Assembly (NCBI RefSeq): GCF_018977255.1
Contig: NW_024704743.1
Coordinates: 94,056,001 to 94,120,000 of the forward strand
Source: Callorhinchus milii
Taxonomy: Eukaryota
Direction: 5' to 3'
DNA: 64,000 bases
Shown here: positions 1 to 10,900 of the stretch, piece by piece
How the letters are laid out: every line of letters begins with the position of its first letter
Position numbering within the stretch: position 1 is the first letter of the stretch
Notes under the pieces: model-generated
The model's input: the letters and a program-made list of their open reading frames with translations, nothing else
Databases searched by the model: none
What the model was told of the DNA's origin: nothing
Position numbers and translations under genes: made by a program

Positions 1-267
1 AAGCGCTTCACAGAACACACTGTAAAGTGAATTGACTGTATATTTGTGGGCGAACGCGGCAGCCAATTGCGCACAGCAATGTCCCACAAACAGTCGTAGA
101 TTGAAAATGACCAATTTATTATTGTTTTGATTTTTGGAGGGATTATTATTAGGCTTTGTGTGGAGTAAGGAAACTTGCCCAAGGTTTCACCCTGACCTGC
201 CTGGAATTGAACTCAGGTCTCTCACTTGCAAAGCGAGTGCTCTAACCACTGAGCTACAGGACTCCAC
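1..267 (-). mobile_element. Same SINE family, young copy (3' end outside the window)
   Basis: Near identical to 49860-50190. Confidence 0.85.
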
Positions 268-810
268 TCCTGTTTCCAGGCTAAATTATTCTCCTTTTTC
301 AAATTTCAATGATAAACATATTGTACAATCTTTTTAAATTAATATTTCCATGTGTGGCACCATTGAAATGTGCTGGTATGCCATGGGAATGGATTGCATC
401 TGATTATGTCAAATAATCTGCTGCTGTTCCTAATCACTGTCCAGAGACAACCTGATGAATGGTGTGGTGAGTCTGTGGATGTTGGGTGAGGTGTTTAAAT
501 AACCCGCCAACACGCAACTTTCAAAGTGTGAAATGTATAAATCTAAATGTTAATGTAATGTTACTTGTAAAGTAAACTTAACAGTTTATTAGTGCATAAT
601 GTTATATACCTTAGCAATTGACTATTCTAGCAAGGTGTTGAGTCCACTGCCTGGAGTGCAAGGAATAGTGTTTTTCTCATTGTGAGAAGAAATGAGATTG
701 ATCCCCTTGTAATGCTGTACGTTGTGTTTTGCATGAGGACTTGCTATCCACACAACAGGGCAGAGATCAGAGTAAGGATTATTGATGTTATAACTTTACT
801 TTGACCACAG

Positions 811-882
811 AAAAGCCAGTCGGACTGAAACAGTCACAGCTTTCAGAACTCATGAACAAGCTATACCAGGTGATCTGCTCAG
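811..882 (+). CDS. PRKDC: DNA-PKcs internal exon (KASRTETVTAFRTHEQAIPGDLLR)
   Basis: ccacag acceptor and gtaagt donor. 72 nt, phase 2/2. Peptide matches the DNA-PKcs segment just before RAFxxMST and splices in frame to the 2016 exon. Confidence 0.9.
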
Positions 883-1567
883 GTAAGTAACGGCATCATC
901 AGTATCTAAATTTCTCTGTATATACACTCTGCTTCTGATGAGATCTTGGGGTGGAGCAGAGTTTCCCTGAATGGCATGGGTGCATGTCAGGAAATGCAGT
1001 ATCATGCTGAGACACTATTTTTGCCGTCTTTTTTCCCCCCGACGAGTGTTTATTTTAAACTTCCTTTCTCTGCAGAACAAGAAAGTNAAAAAGTGTAGCA
1101 AAATATTTAATGAGTCAGAGGCACAATATTCTTCTCTTGTATTTTTTATGTTATTGCAGTAGTTCTCCAGTTTACATCTTTCAGCTTTACGACTGCAATG
1201 CAATGGGAGCTGCAATTTGGCTTAATTAGGAGCTGGAGGAACTCGGCCCCAGAAGCCTATTGCATTCAAGAGGAGTTCCCCCTCCATGTGCTTTCACTTA
1301 CTGGAAAGAATCCCAATTCACATATTATTATTATTATTTTAGTTTCATATTAAGAAATTCCACTAGAAATTGCCCCATTCTCAATTAAACAATAATGAGA
1401 TTTTGCTTCAAAGTGTTCATCTTTGTGTGTTACAGATGTAGAGGGTTATTTTTGTAAAAAAAAGTCTTAAAGAAGAAGCAATGATTTCACACTGTGAGAC
1501 ACTGCTGTGCGCAATTGACTGCTGCGTTTCGCCCACAACATATGCAGTCAATTCACTTTTCAGTGTA

Positions 1568-1768
1568 AACAAAACACTGCAGATGCTGGAAATCTGAAAC
1601 AAAAACAGAAGTCGCTGGGAACACTCAGCAGGTCAGGCAGCATTTATGGAGAAAGGAAAGTGAGTCAATGTTTCGGGTCCACGATCCTGTGTTTCGGGTA
1701 CACCGACCTTTCTCCGTAGATGCTGCGTGACCTGCTGAGTGTTCCCAGCGACTTCTGTTTTTGTTTCA
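1568..1768. mobile_element. Palindromic insertion, probably Penelope-like 3' end sequences in inverted arrangement, nested in a SINE
   Basis: 62-bp inverted arms; gacccgaaac...gatgctgcctgacctgctgag motif; flanked by a ~16-bp duplication. Confidence 0.55.
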
Positions 1769-2015
1769 CTTTACAGTATATTCTGTGAAGGTGCTATATC
1801 AAATGCAAGGATTATTCTTATTTATTTCATGTCCTAGTGAGTGTAGAAAATGAAGTTCACCAAACAAAACATGGAGAATATTTATCTTAACTTTTCCCAT
1901 CCTGGTGCATTTTTCTTTTCCCTGAAAAATCCAGTGACCGTGGAATCAACTTGAGTTTCTTGTAATTATTTTTTTGTTTTCCTAATTGTTGTTGCCCCTC
2001 ACTCATTCTATTCAG

Positions 2016-2217
2016 GAGAGCATTTATAAAGATGAGCACAACCCCCGAAGCATTCCTGGCTCTCCGCTCCCACTTTGCCAGTTCTCATGCGTTAATGTGT
2101 ATCAGCCATTGGATTCTGGGCATTGGCGATCGTCACCTCTCCAACTTCATGGTTAACCTGGAAACCGGAGGCATGGTGGGGATAGACTTTGGCCATGCAT
2201 TTGGCTCTGCTACACAG
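2016..2217 (+). CDS. PRKDC: DNA-PKcs kinase catalytic exon ([20 protein letters not shown]...[11 protein letters not shown]...[13 protein letters not shown])
   Basis: PIKK catalytic loop GxGDRHxxN and DFG motif. ttcag acceptor, gta donor. Confidence 0.97.
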
Positions 2218-2772
2218 GTACAGTATCAATAACAACTTGTAATCGTATACCCGGCTTCACATAGGATAACATCTCGGAGCACATCACAATGACAGGGTCG
2301 GACACTGAGCAGAGGAGAGTGGGAGGTGTCCACTGGCGCGGTCGAAGAGGTAGGTTTTAATGCGGGACTTGGAGACAGATAGAGAGGGAGCAAGACGGAG
2401 TTGTAGAGGGAGGGAGTTCCAGAAGTTTAAGGTTGTAGAATCTGAAAGCTCGGCCATCAATGCTGGGGAGGGAGAGGGCAGAAAAAAGCAAGCCTGGGTT
2501 AGCCGAGCTGCGAGGGTGAGCAGAGGAGGTCAGAGAGATAGGAAGGTGCTTTTAGGAGGTTGAAAGTGTTCCTGTGCAAAACGTTAAGAAGGAACTCACT
2601 CCACTTTACTTGTCATTCCATTTAATACGTAATTACAGTAAGACCCACTTAAGTCTCATCTTTATAATTATATAATCTCCTAAATCGTACATGCACCCAA
2701 TCAGTTTCCTATCACAAGCAGTTCATTTCTTTGCATCACTCGTATTAATCACCTCCTAAATCATAATACCAC

Positions 2773-3446
2773 AACAACTTGCATTTATATAGCGCCCTTC
2801 TTGCGAGATAGGTCTTTAGGTGCGATTTGAAAGTGGGGAGAGAGGGGGCAAGGCAGAGGCAGCGGGTGGTGGAGTAGGGGGTCAGCAGAGCGGATAGATA
2901 GGGAGGTGCAAGAGCATGAAGGATTGAAAAACGAATGAAAGGATCTTGAAATTAATCCGTTCAGTAATTGGGAGCCAGTGGAGCCTGGTAAGCACTGGTG
3001 TGATGGGGGTACCGAGTTTTGTGCAGGTGAGTATCCGGGCAGCGGAGTTTTGAATTAATTGAATTTTGTGTAAGGTGGAGCTGGGGAGAGCAGCGAGGAG
3101 AGCATTGGAATAGTCCAGCTGGAAAGTTGCAAAGGCGTAGATGAGAGTTTCGGCTGCATTTGTTGCGAGGTATGGACGGAGGTGGGCAATGTGATGAGGT
3201 TTGCGTCACATTGCCCACCTCCGTCCGTACCTCGCAACAAATGCAGCCAAAACCCTCATCTATGCCTTTGCAACTTTGCAGGAAATTTGCGTTCATCCAA
3301 GCCTTGAAGTGTGTCAAACAAGTTGACAGGACATCAGCACGCTGGGAGTCACAGCTGGAGGAGAAGTAGATTTGGGTGTCATCCGCACATATGTGGAAGT
3401 TGACTCCATGTCCGCGGATGACATTGCCGAGAGGGAGAATGCAGAG
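2773..3446 (-). mobile_element. Degenerate L2 in a PRKDC intron, carrying an internal fold-back duplication
   Basis: Minus-strand HGVNFHICADDTQIY remnant; L2 tail at about 2773-2800; flanked by aataccac and aacaccac. Confidence 0.8.
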
Positions 3447-4066
3447 AACACCACTCCCCTATTCTGCATTACTCCCGCACTGACCGGCATTGAATTGCGG
3501 GAAATGTCATCTTGATTTGTCAACGCACGCGAAAAAGAACTTAATTTCCCATGACTCAATGCTTCTCGGTAATAGCGAATGCGGCGACAGGTCAAGATGC
3601 ATTGAATCGGGGGAAATGTAGTGACAAATTACCACAAGCAAATATAAAGATGTTTAGTTTTCACATATCACTGGGGGCTACAGTGTCCTTGTTCTTCAAT
3701 ACACTCCTGAGAATTCCAATACAATAACAGAAATAAATGATAGGAAACAGAAAATAAGCACATTTATAGACACTTCAGTCTATACATAAACTTAAACGCG
3801 TTTTAGCAAATAGACTGACAGTCGCAGGATCATGGCTGCTCTGCCACACTGACAATTGCTCACTCTGCACAGATAGTGTGTGTTGGTGTGGATCCTCCTG
3901 ACCCAATCAGCCACTCTGGATAATTAGTCACTGCTCTTTTCCCTTGAGTGACAAGTTATCAGGAGTTTAATGTATATATTTTTTTCTAGGCATAACACAA
4001 AATAGATGCTGATTTTAAAGGATCACAGAATTAAGTAAACTCAGTTATTTCTCTCTTTCCCTTTAG

Positions 4067-4255
4067 TTTCTGCCAGTGCCAGAGTTGATGCCATTTCGCC
4101 TCACTCGCCAGATCCTGAACCTTATGCTCCCAATGAAGGAATCTGGCCTGATCCGCAGCATAATGGTGCATGGACTGCGAGCTTTCCGCCTTGATCCAGA
4201 TCTCCTCCTCAGCACTATGGACATCTTTGTGAAAGAGCCATCTCTAGACTGGAAG
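4067..4255 (+). CDS. PRKDC: DNA-PKcs exon ([15 protein letters not shown]...[10 protein letters not shown])
   Basis: PIKK PFRLT motif. Polypyrimidine tract with ttag acceptor, gtaac donor. 189 nt, phase 0/0. Confidence 0.97.
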
Positions 4256-5695
4256 GTAACTGGCTGGCTGCTGATGCCTCAGTGACACTGCAGTTAAATG
4301 CTGATAACGCAGGATACGTTTCAGCTGCAGTTTGAATGAGATCCAATGCTTCCTCCTATCTGTTGGGAGCCTTGAAATGGTGCAAATCATTAGTCATTCT
4401 GTGCCACCAAATCTCCATCCCTGAAGATCAAGAACAGAGGTTTGTTGAGACCAGGTCACGGGACTCATTTTNAAAAAAAGTTTGATGCTGTGAATGGAGG
4501 ACGGTAGGATGGGTGTTCTGGAAGGATTAGATCAGATGGACCGAAAGGTCTTCATCCAAACTAGTCTTGTAGTAGATCTAAAGAACAATCCTGATTTAGA
4601 AATTCAACAACAACAAATTGAATTTATATAGCAATAAATATACACACACACCATTGGCTGCCGCATTTCTCCCACAAAACACTCAGTCACTACACCTTAC
4701 AGTATATTCTGTGAAGTGCTTTGAGACGTCTCAACGATGTGATGAGATGCTGTATCCAATGCAAAGGTTATTATAATATAGCACCTTTCACATTGGGAGG
4801 ATGTCCCAAAGCTTTGCAATTCATATTGCAGCACCATTTAACCCACTGCATTTGGTGAAGAGCACCGCGCCAGGCCTCCTCACACCATGTTGAAGTTACA
4901 CCACAACATTGTGCCTTGTGGTCTCACGCTACCGCTAAGACACTTAAGTAGACTGCTGGGAAGCGTATGTGAGTGGCCTCTTTCTCTCTCTGACTATCCT
5001 TCCCTCTCCCCATAATCACAGGAAAGATCCCATCTCTCACTACCTCTTTGTATCACCTTGTGTTGTCTTCGACGTCTATCATTGTTTTGACTAATTCATG
5101 CTCAAGCTATCTTTTGCTGAAATTTATTTCTACTTTGTGCACTGTGGTCCCTGGGTGACACTGAAACTGGAGCTATGTTCGAGCCCTGGGATTTAATTAG
5201 GATCGCAGCATGTGAGAGTGCGAACTCTGAGTTGCCCGGAATGGCTGAATGCCAGTTTTAAGGCTGCTCTCCATCATGTTCCTAGACTCAGATGCGTTGA
5301 AGTGAAAGATAATAAGATGAATGCACGGCACCATCCCTGGGGAATGAAAAATCAATGAGAGAATCACCAGTGGGCTCCTTGTGGCTGGGTTGATAGTTAA
5401 CAGCACAGGCTCAGGAGAGGAATTGTCAGCTTGCCAGCCGCCTATCTTCTGCTCTAGATGCCGTGTGGTCCACGGAGACCAAGAGGGATTGGGGATTTCA
5501 TACCTTCAATGTGTCAAAAAAAAACAGTGCACCCTCATTATTAATCCAGGCAGGTTAGATGATCTGTTAAAGACAATCTGTGTGGAGAATACTGAGCTTG
5601 CTTAAAAGGGTATGTGGGGGGGTAACTTTTCCGAGAAGAATTTATTCGCTGTTGATTCTTCAAAGTAACGTTGCGTGATTTTCACTCTCACGCAG

Positions 5696-5835
5696 AACTT
5701 GGAGCTGAAACAAATGAAAAAAGGAGGAACATGGAACAAAGATGTTAACACAAGAGAAATACACTGGTATCCAATGCAGAAGGTGAGGTACGCCAGACGG
5801 AAGCTGGAAGGGGCTAACCCGGCTGCCATTACCAG
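5696..5835 (+). CDS. PRKDC: DNA-PKcs penultimate exon (NLELKQMKKGGTW...KLEGANPAAITR)
   Basis: cgcag acceptor, gtggg donor. 140 nt. Matches the DNA-PKcs KKGGxW...WYP...KLxGANPA segment. Confidence 0.95.
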
Positions 5836-7175
5836 GTGGGTTGGGATCCGTTTAGATCTAAAGGTTGTAAAATTCATTTTTGTTGCTTTTGTGGCTTGTA
5901 GGTTGCAAACCAGAACATTGGTCCAGTTTAAAAAGCGGGTTGATGCCTTGATGGGGGGACTGCAAGGTGGATTTTGGAAGAATGAAATTGGATGGGCCGA
6001 AGGGCCTTTTTCATCCAATGTGATCTTGTGACCTCTCTCCTCTGTGACACTGAGAGAAGAATGTCCCAGATTAGTCTGTGCTGAGTCAGCTGATCATTGC
6101 TCTGTACACAGTCAGCTGTTGTCATCTGCAGTAATGGTGGGAGCACCATAACTAGCATTTGGCATCAACAATCCACTGGATCGGGGAGGGGAAACAGTCA
6201 ACCCGAGCCCCTGCTTTTTCAGGGGCACTAATGTAAAGTGCACGGGTGCAGTCATTGGGTTCACGGTAGGATTGAATTGGTGACATCTCCCTGTGATTCA
6301 TTCAAAAGAACATCTGATCATCACATTCTAGGTTCCCAAAATAGTACCTCCATCAGCGTGCTAATACGCAGATTGTGACTTTGTTCAGTTTCATTTCCTA
6401 TCTCCAAACCACCAGAAGTTTATTTTGGATGCTTTTGGGAATAAGTGTGTCTCTGTCTTAACGAGAAATTTGGCTTTATTATCAACTTGGCAAAATATAG
6501 TGCCTGCCTACATAGGGAAGAATGCATGTTTAAAATAGGGTATGCACTCCCCTGATAGCCTGGTGGGGGGGGAAAGGCTGCGTTGAGCCAAAAAGTGGGT
6601 CATTCAAACCTTGGTCTGTGCTGTGTTAGCTGAAGCTCTCAGAACTTGCAGTCTGCACTTGGAGCTTGACGATTGGCTGGGACCCACAGCCCCTCAGTCA
6701 CTGCCAATTTTCTTCCTGATCCTGTCACTCTGTGATAATTAAAACATCAAGTTTATTTAGAAGCATCGCATTTTTTTGCCCTCAGCACAATTTGTGTTGA
6801 GATGTACGGAGACGTTTGAAAATTGTAGATCATCTCTTTAATCCCCCTGAGTCGAATGCTCTGGGCCAATTGTAGGACTCCCCAAGAACAGCCTCATGTT
6901 CAGAGATCAGCTAACTCAGCACAGACCAGGATTTGAACAATTATCTGTCTCAATGCAATCTTTACCCCCACCAGCTTATAAGGGGAGGGCGCTCCCTATT
7001 TTGAACACACATTCTTCCCTAAGTACTGACTCATATATACATTGCTATGTTAATAATGAAACTAATAAAATGGTTTCCTGCCTTAGCAAGGGATTTCAGT
7101 GTTGCTTTATCAATTTAATGATTTAGACCCAAGTTTGCCTTTCGTAATATTAGTTTTAAAATATTATTGTTACAG

Positions 7176-7380
7176 AGATGAGCTACAGCTGGGACATGAA
7201 ACAACGGAAGCTTACAAAAGCTATGTGGCTGTAGCCATGGGAGACAAGGAGCACAACATCCGGGCGAGAGTACCAGAGGACGGGCTCTCTGTAGAGATCC
7301 AAGTGGACTGTCTCATTGACCAGGCCACAGACCCCAATATCCTGGGTAGAGTGTGGGAAGGCTGGGAACCCTGGATGTGA
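7176..7380 (+). CDS. PRKDC: DNA-PKcs last coding exon, FATC domain (...[22 protein letters not shown])
   Basis: tacag acceptor. Diagnostic FATC terminus. TGA at 7378-7380. Confidence 0.97.
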
Positions 7381-7934
7381 TATAAATGCGACCAAGTATA
7401 AGCTACTGATCCACCGATGGATCATTGAGCGCAGGAAGAGGTTCTGTTTGAAGAGGTCTTGTAATTGGTCTCGGTGACAGCAGTTAGGAAGGGGCAATAC
7501 ACCCAGTTTCCTGCTCTCAATCTCTTTTCAGCAACCCGCTGTTTCGAGATGCAAGAGTGCACATATTCAATGAGGACAGGATTGGGCTGTGAAGTCTCAA
7601 TGTCTAGACTCATCAATACTCAACGGTCATTACATGAAGTACCCATGGCCTTCCAGGTGGTAACATTTTTGTAATGCATGTACTAGCTGTTCTTTTTTAA
7701 ATAATTACAAGAATGTCCTATCATGACATAAAGCCATACACTATGCATTTTCATTTAACTTTCATGCTGTGCTCTATTGATACTTGTAACTGCAGGTCAA
7801 CCCACGGTCAGTACTTCATCGTCATAATAATTCCTTATTTCCTGACCACAGTGCAGTTTGCAAAACAAGTTAATTTCTTGTTTCATAACCGCTTATGCCT
7901 CCTGTTTAAAAGCATTTTGTTCTGCTTACAGCTC

Positions 7935-7940
7935 AATAAA
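7935..7940 (+). terminator. Probable PRKDC polyadenylation signal AATAAA
   Basis: First AATAAA seen after the stop (about 555 nt downstream), followed by a GT-rich stretch. Confidence 0.6.
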
Positions 7941-10900
7941 GTGAATGGTTCAGGGAAATGTGTGTGTGCTCACTCCTGGGGGGAAGGGCCAAGGACTAGA
8001 AATGGAAATCTTCTAACTTCATCATTTTGCTTTCTGTAGCTAGATATTCAATATTTTGTTTCAATTCAATGATGTTAAGCAGCGCTCTGTTTTTCCATGT
8101 TTTTTTTAGACTGCGTTTAAGAACCCCCTCCTTCTCTTGCCCCCCATGGGTATGAGAAAGTAGACGGGTGACCTTAAAGGCTTCTACACACTCAACCTTG
8201 AGACCATGTCATGGACATAGGCATGATGGGAAACACCATTGCCAATATGGCCATTCCCAAAGTAAAAAATAATCCTACACTACTCTCTATCTCTGTCTCT
8301 CTCATTTCCTTCAATCGATTTCTTCTCCAAATATCTGTCTTCCCTCCTGAATTTGTTGACACAATTTGCTTCCACCACTTCCCTGGGTATTCTATCCCAT
8401 GTATTCACAGCTTTCTATGTTCTTGTGAGAATTTGCGCTTGAATAATTCCCTCCCCCCATCCCTTGGGGAAGTCCTTGATTCCAGATTGGACCTCCCCCA
8501 CAGCATTTCTCCATCCCATGAAGAAGAGCCTTGGTTCCACTCCGTAGCTCTCCCAGCAATGTTTGACCACATTCAGCAACACTTGCCACTTCTTCAACCC
8601 ACAGAAACACCTCCTTGTGTCAAAGTAACACTCACAAATTGCAGCTTAAACTTTGGGTGGATCTCTGTTTGCAAACATCCTTCCAGTTGCTATTGCAACA
8701 TATATCCGTAGTGTTCTAAAACGTAAGACTGAAGTGGATTTTACAGAATGTATTCCATGGTAATCTTGAAACAAAAGAATGTTGCTTTGGTACAGAGTTG
8801 GCACTGCAGTCCTTGAAGAGTTACCATATCAGTCTTGACTCCAATAAGAGACATCTGGGAGTGAGCTACAGGTTCAATTGAATCTAGGCATTCAGGTGAC
8901 ATAATAGGTTAACAGCATGACATCTGAGCCTGGAGGATAGATTATAGTCTTGAATACACTTCTTAATACTATGCAAGTATCTTATTTTTGTAATTCATAC
9001 TATTTTGTTTGTGTGATCGGGGCATGGAGAGGAAAAGATGTGTTCTTTGTTTTGGGCAGCAGTGGGTATTTATGCGCTGCGCTGAGTTTCACTGATGGGT
9101 AATGCCGTTCATAAAGGAATATGCATGGTTTGCAACTCCTTTTCTGTTGACCTACTGAAAGTTGAATTTTCGTTTCGCTAGAGGGTGGTTTCTGAAGTTT
9201 AGACATTTCCATAGAAGCTTCCTCCAATTTAAATTTCTCTTACCAAATCATTGCTTGATTGCAATCCTGAAAATAACACTGACTTGTGATGGTATTAGGA
9301 AGGAACCCAGAACCTGAAATCCTCATTGAACACAATTAGGAGGATCTGGTCAGATCTTTTGTTTTTTAAAAAAAACACGGGGTGTCCACGTGCACTGCAG
9401 AATATGTGATGCTATCTGCATGCGCTGCAGAATAGCTGATCCTAATATTTAAGAAGAGTGAGATGTAAATCAGGGTATTCAAAACCAATTAGTTGAATCA
9501 AGGAAGATCCTTATCCTCATCTGCAAATTCTTTCATAATCTTGTTGCATTCTCCAATGGCAATCTTCTAAGCATACCCTCACTCTTCTAATATAGTCTGC
9601 TGCTCTTTCCTCACTCTCCATCCCCACCATCGGTGACTTGAACCTTTAGCCAATATGCTGCCATTCTCTGCAGCTGTCTCCAAACCTCTTCACCTTGCGT
9701 CTTCCTTCCTTGTGTTCAGCACTCTCTTATAAACAGTTCTTTAATCATGCCTTTTGTGAAAACCTTCAAATTCTCCCCTGCTTTTCAGACAGGGTCCTTG
9801 TTTCTGGATTGTTGACCATGACCTGACTGGAAAGTATGCATGTTTGTCCATCTGGTCAGGGCAGTAATTGTCCAGTCTGTGGAAACGATGGGTATGATGA
9901 GCCAAATGGCATTTAAACTGCATAATCCTTCATGAACGTTCACTGATCTATCACCGTGTCGTATTATTTATGAGGTTAAGTCCAAAGTCAACATACTTTC
10001 CTAAAGAAATTTTACTCAGTGCATTTGGCAATTCAGTTGTGTACAAAGTGGTAATTCAGCCCTTGTTTGCAATCTAAACCTTTCCTTGTAATACTGACGT
10101 GAATTATCAGTATCTGAAATCTAGTCTAATTGAGATGAAAGACACGATGGGTATTAATATAGTTCAATCTGATGTGTGCTATGTGGACAATGTAACCTTG
10201 TCACTAAGAATGTCAGAAGCTGCAGTAAAATAAAAATGATAGATTACAGAATCTTGAAATACGAGTTAAAATATACTGTTCCTTTGTGGCTAATCTGGTT
10301 TTATGCCTTTGTCATCTGATATAGGGTTATTGAATACAGTAGAGGAAGTGTTATTGAGCTCGCGTAGCTTTTGATAGATTCTCTGAGATAACTTGCATTG
10401 TACCATGACTTAGCAAACTCCACTTTGGAATTCAGTGTTTTGTACCCTTGTCAATAATATTCAATACCAGCTCGGGCAGCTCAAGAACCAGTGACATGTT
10501 TAAACACCAAAGGTTGTCTCTTGAGTTTAATTTTTGGGAGGAAATCATTGCTGGCCTTTTTCATGGCACCCATCTCGGTAATAGAATTATGGAATTTTGT
10601 CAGCACAGAAGAAGGCCATTCGCGCCCGTGCCAGCTCTCTGACAGAGCAATCCATTCAGTCCCACTTTACTGTTTTATTCCCATAACTCCTGTTTCTTTG
10701 GATAACAAAATGTTGGACAAGCCAATCAGTATTAAACAACATGCACATATTTATTTCTGTTATTTCTTAGCTGGTTATGAATCGGATTCTTCCATATTTA
10801 CTATTGGTTGGTTCTATTTGCATGCAATTTGAACAAATGTAGAAAAATAGAATATTATGTTTTGTTCAATCTTCCTCATTCTTTGAATGTAGTTAAAACC

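Noticed and set aside
8211..8711. 166-aa ORF downstream of PRKDC
   Set aside because: No recognisable domain; overlaps degraded CR1-like sequence.
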